Assembly (NCBI GenBank): GCA_947593615.1
Contig: CANQDR010000009.1
Coordinates: 2,018 to 66,017 of the forward strand
DNA from: an uncultured Clostridia bacterium
GTDB taxonomy: Bacteria; Bacillota; Clostridia; Oscillospirales; Acutalibacteraceae
DNA length: 64,000 nt
Direction: 5' to 3'
In this document: positions 37,796 to 47,244 of the stretch, one piece after another
Layout of the letters: each line of letters starts with the position of its first letter
Numbering within the stretch: position 1 is the stretch's first letter
The notes under the pieces: model-generated
Told to the model about the DNA's origin: nothing
The model's input: the letters and a program-made list of their open reading frames with translations, nothing else
Database searches by the model: none
Made by a program: the position numbers and the translations under genes

Positions 37796-40039
37796 CTATA
37801 TTTTTTCCATTTTACTGAAATTAGCCATCAGAGTTTTAGTTCCTGCCTTATCAAAAGCTATTTCAAGCATTATATCATTTCCCATTTTTTCGGCTTTCAT
37901 AATCATTCCTTTGCCGAAAACCTTGTGAAGAACGCTGTCCCCTACTTTATAAACTGTGCCGCTTTTGACGGCAGGTTTTTTGTATCCTCCAAAAGCACCC
38001 GATAAATAAGACGGTTTTGGAGAAGTTCCGATTGAAATTTTTTCGGAGTTCTGAGATGAATATTGAAAACCAGAAGCTGCAAAGGATTTCTGTTCACCCG
38101 AAAAATTAAGAAGATCATCTGGGATTTCATTAACAAAACGCGAGGTTTTATTGTATGTAGTTGAACCGAACAACATTCTTGACCTTGTTTTTGTAAAGTA
38201 AAGCTTTTCCTTTGCCCTTGTAATTCCCACATATGCGAGCCTGCGCTCCTCGTTAAGTTCGTCGGGATTCATCATAGTCGCTATTGACGGAAATATTCCT
38301 TCCTCCATTCCCGCAATAAACACTACGGGAAATTCAAGACCTTTTGCGCTGTGAAGCGTCATCATAACGCAGGTATCTGCGTCTGCATCATAATTATCAA
38401 TATCGGTCTGCAAAGATATTTCTTCGAGAAACGACGATAAATCCGCTTCATCGTCGTAATCTTCCTCAAATTTAATGATATTTGATAAAAGCTCTTCGAT
38501 ATTTTCTATTCTTACATCGCCGTTATCTTTTTCGTTTTTAAGATAATCTTTATATTCGGTATGCTCGACTACAAGATTATATAATTCTGCTAAAGAATAA
38601 TCTCCGCTCTGCTCCGCTTCGATAAATCCGTCTATAAGCTCAACAAAAGACTTTAACTTAGCCGCAGAGCGTGACAGCAAAGGATAGTTTTCAGCATTTT
38701 TGATAACCGTATAAATGCTCTCGCCGAGACCAGCCGCTATATCAGCAGCGTGAGATACCGTTGTAGCTCCTATAGAGCGCTTGGGAACATTTATGATTCG
38801 GCTTAGTCTTATATCATCGTGCGGATTATTAATCACCTGCAAATAAGCAACCATATCTCTGATTTCTTCACGGTCATAAAAACGGTGACCCCCGATTACT
38901 CTGTGAGGAATTCCGCTTCTGGATAAAGCCTGCTCAATAGCGTTGGACTGTGCATTCATTCGGTAAAGCACAGCATAATCGGAAAATTTTCTTCCCTCAG
39001 CCACTCCGTCAATAATTGTTTTGGCAATAAAAGCTGCCTCATCACGCTCGGTTTCATTGGTATGTACTTCTATTTTATCACCAACGCCGTTTTCTGTCCA
39101 CAAGGTTTTTCCTTTACGCATTGTATTGTTTGCAATAACCGCATTTGCCGCACTGAGAATATTCTGAGTGCTTCGGTAATTTTGTTCAAGCCTTATAATC
39201 TTTGCACCCTTAAATGTATTTTCAAACGAAAGGATGTTTTCTATCGTAGCTCCTCTGAACTTATAAATACTCTGGTCATCGTCGCCTACCACGCATATGT
39301 TACCATACTTTTCGGCAAGCATACTTACAAATCTGTACTGTACTTTATTTGTGTCCTGATATTCGTCAACCATAATATATCTGAACTGATTTTGATAATA
39401 CTCAAGTATTTCGGGGAATTTCTCAAAAAGCAAAACAGCATTGCAAAGCATATCGTCAAAATCCATAGCGTCAGAAGTTTTGAGTCTTGCCTGATAAATT
39501 TCATAGGCTTTGGCTATTGAAGCCTTTCTGCTGTCAAAGCTCGCTTCCTTAATCATTTCAGACGGCGTCTGCATTTTGTCTTTTGCTTTTGAAATCTCTG
39601 ACAGCACTGCCTTTGCAGGCAAAATTTTCTCGTCAATATGAAGCTGTTTAAGAATATCCTTTATTAATCTTTTTTGATCGTCGCTTCCGTAAACGGTGAA
39701 ATGGCTTGAATAGCCTATTCTGTCACCATAGCGGCGAAGAATTCTTGCACAGGTAGAGTGAAATGTCGCTGCCCAAATGTCTGCGCCGCCTTCGGGAACT
39801 GCGTTGCAAATGCGTTCTTTAAGCTCTCCGGCCGCCTTATTGGTAAATGTAATGGCAAGTATCTGCCAAGGTTTGCACAATTCTGATTGTAAAATATATG
39901 CAATCCTGTTTACCAAAACCGTTGTTTTTCCCGAACCTGCACCTGCGAGAATAAGCAACGGACCTTCTGTGGAAAAAACCGCCTGCTGCTGCATTGAATT
40001 CATATGTGAAAAATTTTTCTGAATTTCACTTTGAGTCAT
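37796..40039 (-). CDS. pcrA: ATP-dependent DNA helicase PcrA/UvrD
   Basis: 747 aa. Motifs seen: AGAGSGKTTVL, VDEYQDTN, QNYRST, VMMTLHSAKGLEF, and VGITRA. Confidence 0.93.
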   Translation of the reverse strand: MTQSEIQKNFSHMNSMQQQAVFSTEGPLLILAGAGSGKTTVLVNRIAYILQSELCKPWQILAITFTNKAAGELKERICNAVPEGGADIWAATFHSTCARILRRYGDRIGYSSHFTVYGSDDQKRLIKDILKQLHIDEKILPAKAVLSEISKAKDKMQTPSEMIKEASFDSRKASIAKAYEIYQARLKTSDAMDFDDMLCNAVLLFEKFPEILEYYQNQFRYIMVDEYQDTNKVQYRFVSMLAEKYGNICVVGDDDQSIYKFRGATIENILSFENTFKGAKIIRLEQNYRSTQNILSAANAVIANNTMRKGKTLWTENGVGDKIEVHTNETERDEAAFIAKTIIDGVAEGRKFSDYAVLYRMNAQSNAIEQALSRSGIPHRVIGGHRFYDREEIRDMVAYLQVINNPHDDIRLSRIINVPKRSIGATTVSHAADIAAGLGESIYTVIKNAENYPLLSRSAAKLKSFVELIDGFIEAEQSGDYSLAELYNLVVEHTEYKDYLKNEKDNGDVRIENIEELLSNIIKFEEDYDDEADLSSFLEEISLQTDIDNYDADADTCVMMTLHSAKGLEFPVVFIAGMEEGIFPSIATMMNPDELNEERRLAYVGITRAKEKLYFTKTRSRMLFGSTTYNKTSRFVNEIPDDLLNFSGEQKSFAASGFQYSSQNSEKISIGTSPKPSYLSGAFGGYKKPAVKSGTVYKVGDSVLHKVFGKGMIMKAEKMGNDIMLEIAFDKAGTKTLMANFSKMEKI

Positions 40040-40071
40040 TTTTGTTCCTGCCTTAATTTTAAATAATAATT

Positions 40072-40104
40072 TAAATAAAAGAAAGGGGCGAACTGCGTTC
40101 GCCC
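40072..40104 (-). terminator. Intrinsic terminator downstream of the lipoprotein gene
   Basis: GGGCGAAC-TGC-GTTCGCCC forms the stem. CTTTCTTTT follows on the minus strand. Confidence 0.8.
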
Positions 40105-40126
40105 ATAAATTTTTCGGAACCGAATA

Positions 40127-40585
40127 TTATTTTACATACTCGTAATACACCTTGAGCATATCTTCAGCATCATCTGCAACGATCATACTTACATAATTTC
40201 CGTCAACCGTAACTTTGCATTTTTCAACCATTTTAACTTTTTCAGGCGTGTAAGAAGTGTACTGATTGATAATAGCATTATAGCGTGTTGTCAGAGCAGC
40301 CTCTATTCTGTCTGCTGCCGCAGAATCAACGGCTTCTACCAGAACTATTTCAACAGGTGCATTATTATTTGAATCAATTTCAGCCGCAAACTGCTTTACG
40401 TCAGCAGTTTCTATGCTGTAATAGGTATTTAAGTCATCCGCGCTTTCAAGCTTTTGAAGTGAAAGACTAAAATCGGAATTAATCTTATCCAAAACCTCAT
40501 CAAGTTTAACATCATTTGAACTGCATCCTGTAAAAACAGCAAAGATTAAACAAAGAACAGCTGCAAAAGAAATTACCTTTTTCAC
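40127..40585 (-). CDS. Lipoprotein (DUF4358-like)
   Basis: 152 aa. The lipobox is VFTGC. The family call is from memory. Confidence 0.6.
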   Translation of the reverse strand: MKKVISFAAVLCLIFAVFTGCSSNDVKLDEVLDKINSDFSLSLQKLESADDLNTYYSIETADVKQFAAEIDSNNNAPVEIVLVEAVDSAAADRIEAALTTRYNAIINQYTSYTPEKVKMVEKCKVTVDGNYVSMIVADDAEDMLKVYYEYVK

Positions 40586-40610
40586 AAATATACCCCCAAA
40601 AATATAATTT

Positions 40611-40639
40611 AACGCCGCACCCCGAAAGAGTCCGGCGTT
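40611..40639 (-). terminator. Intrinsic terminator downstream of tRNA-Pro
   Basis: AACGCCG...CGGCGTT forms the stem. An A/T-rich tract with TTTTT follows on the minus strand. Confidence 0.6.
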
Positions 40640-40646
40640 ATTTCTG

Positions 40647-40723
40647 TGGTCGAGGTGACAAGATTCGAACTTGCGACCCCATCGTCCCGAACGATGTGCG
40701 CTACCAAACTGCGCTACACCTCG
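40647..40723 (-). tRNA. tRNA-Pro (anticodon CGG)
   Basis: I folded this by hand as a 77-nt cloverleaf. The acceptor is CGAGGTG/CACCTCG, the anticodon loop is TTCGGGA, the T-loop is TTCGAAT, and the CCA end is encoded. Confidence 0.9.
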
Positions 40724-40728
40724 CAGTT

Positions 40729-40755
40729 AAAAACAGCCCCGAAAAATTCGGGGCT
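40729..40755 (-). terminator. Terminator-like hairpin between tRNA-Gln and tRNA-Pro
   Basis: AGCCCCGAA-TTT-TTCGGGGCT is a perfect 9-bp stem followed by GTTTTTAA on the minus strand. It begins 3 nt after the tRNA-Gln CCA. The T-run ends 5 nt before tRNA-Pro. Confidence 0.65.
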
Positions 40756-40758
40756 ATG

Positions 40759-40832
40759 TGGCTGTGGAATAGGGATTCGAACCCCAACAAACAGAGTCAG
40801 AGTCTGTCGTGCTACCGTTACACTATTCCACA
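40759..40832 (-). tRNA. tRNA-Gln (anticodon CTG)
   Basis: I folded this by hand as a 74-nt cloverleaf. The acceptor is TGTGGAA/TTCCACA, the anticodon loop is CTCTGAC, the T-loop is TTCGAAT, and the CCA end is encoded. Confidence 0.88.
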
Positions 40833-40866
40833 AAATCTAATTGCTACCGAACGTGCAACAGTGATT

Positions 40867-40895
40867 ATTATATGATATAAAACCTTAATTGTCAA
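40867..40895 (-). promoter_or_regulatory. Perfect-consensus SigA promoter for the tRNA genes
   Basis: On the minus strand, TTGACA, a 17-nt spacer, then TATAAT, about 35 nt upstream of tRNA-Gln. Confidence 0.75.
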
Positions 40896-40915
40896 TAGAA
40901 AATTCAAATTTTTTT

Positions 40916-41899
40916 CTATTTTTTTCTTACTCTTATATCATTCCCCAAAAAATCAAGTTTTTGCGCATTTCCGCTTATTCTTGATACAAATCTTTCAGTG
41001 TAAATTTTTTCCAGCTCACGCATAGTAAGGTTTGTGTTTATTATAAGCGGCTTATTTGAAAGCATACGTGAATTAAAAATATTATACATCTGTGAAACAG
41101 AGAATTGACCGTGAAATTCCGTTCCGAGGTCGTCAACTATCAGTAAATCACATTCAAGAAGCATATTAATTGCAGAATCATCATTCCTTGAAAAATACTG
41201 CTTTTCAAGCCTTTGCATAAGCGATGGAGCCGAAACGTAAATTACACCAAATCCCTTTTTGATAACTTCATTGGCTATTGCCAGCGACAAATGAGTTTTT
41301 CCGAGTCCTGTAGCTCCTTTCATAAGTATGCTTTCGGAATTTTTTGAAAAGTTCTCGGCGTAGCTTTTGCAGTATTTTAGTATTTTACACATTTGATTAT
41401 ACGGCGAAATTCCAATAGACGTATCCTCAGCTTTATCATAATAATCAAGACTGAATGTATCAAAGGTAGAGAGCGTAAGGGGCGCGGTTCTATTAAGTTC
41501 TTCGCACGCACAGGCAATTAAAGCCTGTTTCATACAAGAACAGACAAGTGTTTTTCCGTTTTCTTCATAATATCCTGTGTCACCGCATTTTTTACAGCTG
41601 TAGTCGGGTTCAAAAGCATTTTCATCATATCCGCCGGAAATCAGAATTTCTTTAAGCTCTTTCTGCATTGAAAGGTTTTGGTCGCGGAGCTTTTCAATCT
41701 CGGAAACTACGTTTCCTCCTTTTATTACGGCTCTCGCCGCTTTAATGCCGCATTTAGAGATCTGATTTTCAAGCTCTTTTGTGCGAGGCAGTTTTTCATA
41801 AATTGCCATACGGCGTCTGTCGGCATCTCTTTCTGCCTTTATTCTCCTATCAAAAAGTCTGTCTGCCGCCGCCTTATAAACGCTGCTGCTGTATCCCAT
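40916..41899 (-). CDS. Replicative helicase loader, DnaC/DnaI-like AAA+ ATPase
   Basis: 327 aa. It has an N-terminal Cys4 zinc module (CKKCGDTGY...CSC), Walker A GATGLGKTHL and Walker B LLIVDDLG. Confidence 0.85.
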   Translation of the reverse strand: MGYSSSVYKAAADRLFDRRIKAERDADRRRMAIYEKLPRTKELENQISKCGIKAARAVIKGGNVVSEIEKLRDQNLSMQKELKEILISGGYDENAFEPDYSCKKCGDTGYYEENGKTLVCSCMKQALIACACEELNRTAPLTLSTFDTFSLDYYDKAEDTSIGISPYNQMCKILKYCKSYAENFSKNSESILMKGATGLGKTHLSLAIANEVIKKGFGVIYVSAPSLMQRLEKQYFSRNDDSAINMLLECDLLIVDDLGTEFHGQFSVSQMYNIFNSRMLSNKPLIINTNLTMRELEKIYTERFVSRISGNAQKLDFLGNDIRVRKK

Positions 41900-41921
41900 T
41901 TAAAACATCCTTACATTTATA

Positions 41922-43022
41922 TTATATATTGTCAAGAGTATTGATTTTTTCAAGCTCATCTATATCATACGAGGCTTTTTTCTTTGAATTTTTCTTTTGA
42001 GATGAATTTTCAAAATTTTGCAGTTCATCCTTGTTTTGTATATTGTTTGAATGCCATCTTTTAAGAATTGCGTCTATGTAGTTAAATTTCATTTCTCCCT
42101 TTGCGTCAACGCATCTTTCATAGGCTTCTCTGAGCATTTCAGGAGAAAATTTCCACTCCCCAACCCATTTGTCGCCGTATTCAAGTTGTTTCTTTGTGGG
42201 AGAACCTGTGTTTTTTAATCCAAATGCCGCTGAAACTATTGAAAAATTTATGCTTGTCTGCTTTACTTGACGAATTTTATTTTCGGCAGCTTCAAGCGAA
42301 TATATGCCGTCGTCAGCCCAGCCGATTCCGATTTTCTCAATTGTCCGCATATTTCCCTTATCAATGCTTATACAATACTGAATGAGCATTAAAATTACGT
42401 CAAGCGGAAGTCCGCAGGTATCTTTAAGCATAAGCAGTGTTGAAATATCAGAGTTTGATAAAATCTTTCCGAGTGCAAGCTGAGCCTCGCTCACAAGAAT
42501 TTTAAGCTCTTCATCAACCGCAAGCCTTTGAGATGTAAAAACATAGTCAGGCTTTTGAGGTCGGGTAACAGCAAAAAGCTGTTTTTTAGCATTTACATCA
42601 TCAGAAATCTCCTCAATAGTTTTGTTTTTATTTTGTGAATTTTCTGTAGTTTTTATTTCCGTATTGGAAATATTATCGGTTTTTACTTCCGGATTATATA
42701 TTTCTGTAGCTTTTTTATTATAATTATCGGAAACAGGACTAATTACATCTTCTTTTTGGTTTTCAACAGGAAAGTATGTATCCTGCTCCTTTTGAAGAAT
42801 CCCCATACTAACCCAATAGTCCAACGCCTCGGGAATATCGGTAACGTTTACGCCTGTAGCCTTTGATATTGAATTTTCATCAAGCTCTCTGTCACAATTT
42901 CTGAGTACAAAGAGCAATACCTTTAATTTGACGCCGTCTGAAAATTTAAGACCCTCATCTACAATTTTTGACGGAACGGCAAAAACAGAGTTCCACGCAC
43001 CGAGATTTATTTTTATTGACAT
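41922..43022 (-). CDS. Replication initiation/membrane attachment protein with DnaD-like (DnaB_2) domains
   Basis: 366 aa. It has a winged-helix-like N-terminus and two DnaD-type C-terminal modules (LSNSDISTLLML...IEKIGIGW and NYIDAILKRW). It lies directly upstream of the loader gene. Confidence 0.75.
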   Translation of the reverse strand: MSIKINLGAWNSVFAVPSKIVDEGLKFSDGVKLKVLLFVLRNCDRELDENSISKATGVNVTDIPEALDYWVSMGILQKEQDTYFPVENQKEDVISPVSDNYNKKATEIYNPEVKTDNISNTEIKTTENSQNKNKTIEEISDDVNAKKQLFAVTRPQKPDYVFTSQRLAVDEELKILVSEAQLALGKILSNSDISTLLMLKDTCGLPLDVILMLIQYCISIDKGNMRTIEKIGIGWADDGIYSLEAAENKIRQVKQTSINFSIVSAAFGLKNTGSPTKKQLEYGDKWVGEWKFSPEMLREAYERCVDAKGEMKFNYIDAILKRWHSNNIQNKDELQNFENSSQKKNSKKKASYDIDELEKINTLDNI

Positions 43023-43159
43023 TAAATCTACACCCTAATATATAAATATAAGATAATTATAGCACAGTTCAATTATTTATAAATAAAAAATTAGAATTAT
43101 GTAGATTTTTTTTAAATTTTATGCTAACATATATTTGATATTATGAAGGGGGAATTAAA

Positions 43160-43414
43160 ATGACATACACATATATACCACGCGGAGTGTGTTCAAGACA
43201 GATAAATATCGAGCTTGATGAAAACGCAGTTATTACTGACTGTGAATTTATCGGAGGATGTGCAGGAAACACAACAGGAATTTGCGCTCTTGTAAAAGGA
43301 ATGGACGCAGAAGAAGCCGTAAAAAGACTAAAGGGAATTGATTGCAGAGGCAGAGGAACATCCTGTCCCGACCAGCTTGCAACTGCTCTTGAAGAAGCGC
43401 TTGAATTGGTTTAA
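43160..43414 (+). CDS. TSCPD-domain small protein (TIGR03905-like)
   Basis: 84 aa, with GGCAGNTTGICALVKG and GTSCPDQLA. Confidence 0.75.
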   Translation: MTYTYIPRGVCSRQINIELDENAVITDCEFIGGCAGNTTGICALVKGMDAEEAVKRLKGIDCRGRGTSCPDQLATALEEALELV

Positions 43415-43420
43415 ACTTTA

Positions 43421-43451
43421 GGCGGTGTGCTTAGCACGCCGCTTATTTTTT
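43421..43451 (+). terminator. Intrinsic terminator after the TSCPD gene
   Basis: GCGGTGTGC-TTA-GCACGCCGC forms the stem, followed by TTATTTTTT. Confidence 0.8.
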
Positions 43452-43630
43452 ATCTTATTTGAGCAGACGGGGTACACCGCTTACAATTCGGGCAGGCGGT
43501 TTTGAAAATTAAATTCCTTCTTTGCTCAGGCATTACCGAGCAATTTTTCTTGTACAGTAAAAACATCCTTACATTTTAATGACAGTCTCATTATAAATGC
43601 AAGGATGCGATTTTTTAATGAATTGTGTTG

Positions 43631-44842
43631 TTATTTTGAGAGAAAATAATTTATCATAGTAAAGCCTTTTGCAATATAGTTGCCCGTTTCTTTAGCCTCT
43701 TTTTCGCAGAAGCATTTCACGCCGCTTTCCCTTTCATTTTTACTGTCATATATCAAATAAGGCACAGGATTTGAACTGTGAGTGCGAATCGACAGAGGCG
43801 TGGGATGATCCGGACAAACAAGAACTGCAAAATCATCATATGATTTAAGGAATTCAGTTACAGGCGCAAGAATTTGCTTATCAATAAGCTCGATAGCTTT
43901 TATTTTATTTTCGGTTTCACCGCGATGACCGCATTCATCTGGAGCCTCTACGTGAATATACACAAAGTCAGCACCGTTCTTGAATTCATCAATCGCTGCC
44001 TTGCATTTGCCGTCAAAGTTTGTATCTATGTAACCTGTGGCGCCTTCAACATCTACGCTGTTCATTCCTGCACAGATTGCAATTCCCTTTAACAAATCAA
44101 CTGCCGATATCATACTGCCTTTTTTACCGAATTTCTCAGTAAAGTTGTCTAAACGCGGCTTTGTTCCCTCTCCCCACAGCCAGATTGAGTTTGCGGGGCG
44201 TTTTCCGCGTGATATTCTATCTTTGTTTACGGGATGGTCTTTCAGTAAATCATAGCTTTTTTTCATCAACCCATATAGCTTTGTGGTGTCCTCGCCTTTT
44301 GGAATGTACTCCGTAATTACGCGGTTTGAAATATCATGAGGCGGAGTAAGCTCTCCTGGATGCGGATTTCCGTTGCTCCAAACCAGACAGTGACGGTATG
44401 AAACACCTGAATAGAATTTAAATTCATCATCACCGAGGTTTTCCTGAATATAATCAATAAGTATCTTTGCCTCTGCGCTTGAAATATCGTCTGCACAGTA
44501 ATCAACCATTGTTTTATCTTCATAGTTTTCTTCGTCGGAGAGAGTAACAAGGTTGCATCTGAGTGTGACATCGGTATTTTTCAAATCTATGCCTATGCTC
44601 GCGGCCTCAAGCGGAGAACGTCCGCTGTAATAAACGGCTGGCTCGTATCCCAATACGGAAAGGTTGGCAACATCACTTCCGGGTTTTAAGCCTTCGGCTA
44701 CTGTTTTTACCATTCCTACTTCGCCCTTTGATGCAAGACTGTCCATACATGGCTTTACCGCTTTTTCCATCGGAGTGGCATTTCCAAGCTGTTCAACCGG
44801 CTCGTCAGCCATTCCGTCGCAAAGCATTACTAAATATTTCAC
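43631..44842 (-). CDS. apgM: Cofactor-independent phosphoglycerate mutase family metalloenzyme (ApgM type)
   Basis: 403 aa. Motifs seen: MKYLVMLCDGMADEP, HVEAPDECGH and CPDHPTP. Confidence 0.8.
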   Translation of the reverse strand: MKYLVMLCDGMADEPVEQLGNATPMEKAVKPCMDSLASKGEVGMVKTVAEGLKPGSDVANLSVLGYEPAVYYSGRSPLEAASIGIDLKNTDVTLRCNLVTLSDEENYEDKTMVDYCADDISSAEAKILIDYIQENLGDDEFKFYSGVSYRHCLVWSNGNPHPGELTPPHDISNRVITEYIPKGEDTTKLYGLMKKSYDLLKDHPVNKDRISRGKRPANSIWLWGEGTKPRLDNFTEKFGKKGSMISAVDLLKGIAICAGMNSVDVEGATGYIDTNFDGKCKAAIDEFKNGADFVYIHVEAPDECGHRGETENKIKAIELIDKQILAPVTEFLKSYDDFAVLVCPDHPTPLSIRTHSSNPVPYLIYDSKNERESGVKCFCEKEAKETGNYIAKGFTMINYFLSK

Positions 44843-44888
44843 TTGAATCCTTCCTTTATTGTCATATAGCTAATTGTTATGCTTCTGA

Positions 44889-46007
44889 TTATTTCTGAAG
44901 TGTTCCCTGACTTGCACACTTTAAATAAGCATTTATGAAGCCGTCAAGGTTTCCGTCCATCACGCTCTGAATATTACCTGTTTCGAAGCCTGTTCTGTGG
45001 TCCTTAACCATTGTATACGGCATAAATACATAACTTCGTATCTGCGAACCCCATGTAATTTCCTTTTGAACGCCTTTAATATCCTCGATTTTTTCGAGGT
45101 GTTCACGCTCTTTTATTTCGACAAGCTTTGAAATAAGCATTTTCATTGCAACGTCGCGGTTTTGATACTGACTTCGCTCAACCTGGCTTGCAACTACGAT
45201 GCCTGTCGGAATATGAGTAAGTCGTACTGCCGAAGATGTTTTGTTTACTTTCTGACCGCCTGCTCCGCTTGCACGGTAAACATCCATTTTTATATCCTCG
45301 GGAGCAATGTTCACCTGAATATCATCGTCCATTTCGGGCATAACCTCTAATGACGAGAAACTTGTGTGACGTCTGCCCGCAGAGTCAAAAGGAGAAACGC
45401 GGACAAGGCGGTGTACTCCTGCCTCGCCTTTTAGATAACCGTATGCGTTTTCTCCCTCAATTAAAAGCACCGCACTTTTAAGTCCTGCTTCGTCGCCGTC
45501 AAGGTAGTCAACCTCTTTAACCTTAAAGCCGTGTGCGTCTGCCCAGCGCGAATACATCCTATAAAGCATTTCAGCCCAGTCCTGCGCTTCGGTACCTCCT
45601 GAGCCTGCGTGGAATGTCAGAATTGCGTTGTTTTTGTCATATTCTCCCGTTAATAGTGTTTGCAGGCGCTGGTTTTCAAGATCTTCCTTAACTGCCGCAA
45701 CTTCGCTTTCTGCTTCCTCAAGAAGTGATATATCCTCTTCCTCGTTAGCAAGCTCAATTAATGCATGTGTATCATCATATTTCGAAACAAGATTTTCGTA
45801 TGCTTCAACTTTACCTTTAAGCGTGCCTGTTCTTTGCAGCACTTTCTGTGATTTTTCCACATCATCCCAAAATCCCGGTTCAGTCGCCTTTAGCTCAAGC
45901 TGCTGGATTTCTGATAGAATACTGTTCATCCCGAGCGCGTCAGACAAATCGTCGATTTCAGGCTTTAATGCCTGAAGTGAAAGCAGCAATTCTTCAAAAT
46001 GTACCAT
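44889..46007 (-). CDS. prfB: Peptide chain release factor 2 (single ORF, no programmed frameshift)
   Basis: The SPF tripeptide (RVSPFDS) and the GGQ motif (SGAGGQKVNK) are both present. I prefer the ATG at 46007, which lies 10 nt after GAAAGG, over the track start at 46016. Confidence 0.93.
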   Translation of the reverse strand: MVHFEELLLSLQALKPEIDDLSDALGMNSILSEIQQLELKATEPGFWDDVEKSQKVLQRTGTLKGKVEAYENLVSKYDDTHALIELANEEEDISLLEEAESEVAAVKEDLENQRLQTLLTGEYDKNNAILTFHAGSGGTEAQDWAEMLYRMYSRWADAHGFKVKEVDYLDGDEAGLKSAVLLIEGENAYGYLKGEAGVHRLVRVSPFDSAGRRHTSFSSLEVMPEMDDDIQVNIAPEDIKMDVYRASGAGGQKVNKTSSAVRLTHIPTGIVVASQVERSQYQNRDVAMKMLISKLVEIKEREHLEKIEDIKGVQKEITWGSQIRSYVFMPYTMVKDHRTGFETGNIQSVMDGNLDGFINAYLKCASQGTLQK

Positions 46008-46170
46008 AAAGCACATACCTTTCTGTATTTAATCGTATCTTTTTTCATAATTATTTATTATACCAAATCCTTCTTAAAATGTAAACTTTATTTTTTAACA
46101 AATTAAAGTTGTTGCATTTAAACAATAAATTTGTTATAATTTGGTTGTAATAGGTTGTACGGAGGAAGTT

Positions 46171-47199
46171 ATGGAATTTACTAATTATAGATGTCCCGTA
46201 TGCAATGAACAATTTAATAAAGATGATGATATCGTAGTTTGTCCAAATTGCGGCGCACCGCATCACAGAGACTGCTATGATAAGCTAAACCATTGTTTTT
46301 ATGAGGATAAACATTCTGATGATTTTTCTTTTGAAAATTTAAACGGTAATTCTCAAAATAATGAAAACGTCAATAACAATAAAGAAACAGTAACGTGTCC
46401 TAATTGCAAACACGAAAATCCAAAAGCAACTTTTTATTGCAACAAGTGCGGTTATCCGTTAAACGAGCAGGACAGAAATAATTCTGCCAATCAAAACGCA
46501 CAGCAACCGTTTAATTCACAGCAGACATATAATCAAAATCAGAATATTCCGCCGTTTGGATTCGGAGGCGCGGGAATGCCCTCTGCCTTTGACCCTATGG
46601 CTGGACTTAAAAACGACCAGCCGATCGCAGAAAATGTAAACGCAGGAGAAATGGCTAAATTCGTCGGCAAAAATACTTTTTATTTCCTTAGAATTTTTAA
46701 TAATATTAAAACCTTCGGTAATTCAAAATTTAATTTCTCCGCTTTTATTTTTTCAGGCATTTATTTTCTTTACAGAAAAATGATTGGTCTGGGAATAATT
46801 ATTTCATTCCTTTATATTGCTCTTACGGTCGGTGAAATGTTTATTCAGCTTCTGCCTGAGTATCAGTCGCTTATTGATTCAGTTTTAAATATGCAGAACA
46901 GTTCCCAATTATTTTATTCATTTTCTATGTCATCACAATTATCAACTAATGAATTATTATTCTTATATTCACCCTTTGTTTTCAGCGCATTAAAAGGCGT
47001 ATTGATGATTATATGCGGCTTGACAGCAAACCGTTCGTATTACAAACATTGTACGAAGAAAATTAATGAGATCAAAAACAAAAATGAAAACGCAAATATT
47101 AACAAAGCACTTGAAACAAGCGGTGGTGTAAACTTACCGCTCGCAGTATGCTTTGCAATAACGTATATGATAATAACATACATTCCGTATTTTTTATAA
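46171..47199 (+). CDS. Zinc-ribbon / Q,N-rich / DUF2628-like membrane protein
   Basis: I place the start at the ATG at 46171, after GGAGGA. It has two Cys4 modules (CPVCN...CPNCGAPHHRDC and CPNCKH...CNKCG), a Gln/Asn-rich linker, and a 3-4 TM C-terminal domain. Confidence 0.7.
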   Translation: MEFTNYRCPVCNEQFNKDDDIVVCPNCGAPHHRDCYDKLNHCFYEDKHSDDFSFENLNGNSQNNENVNNNKETVTCPNCKHENPKATFYCNKCGYPLNEQDRNNSANQNAQQPFNSQQTYNQNQNIPPFGFGGAGMPSAFDPMAGLKNDQPIAENVNAGEMAKFVGKNTFYFLRIFNNIKTFGNSKFNFSAFIFSGIYFLYRKMIGLGIIISFLYIALTVGEMFIQLLPEYQSLIDSVLNMQNSSQLFYSFSMSSQLSTNELLFLYSPFVFSALKGVLMIICGLTANRSYYKHCTKKINEIKNKNENANINKALETSGGVNLPLAVCFAITYMIITYIPYFL

Positions 47200-47244
47200 A
47201 ACTGACTGATGTTTTAAATAAAGAGAAAGAAAGAGGATAAATTA

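Noticed and set aside
40646-40840. 64-aa plus-strand ORF
   Set aside because: It lies entirely over the two minus-strand tRNA genes (Pro-CGG and Gln-CTG). It is not coding.
44889-46016. Programmed +1 frameshift site in prfB
   Set aside because: The N-terminal region (MVHFEELLLSLQALKPEIDDLSDALGMNS...) is continuous with the rest of RF2 in one frame. No CUU UGA motif is present. This is the known frameshift-less variant and not an anomaly.
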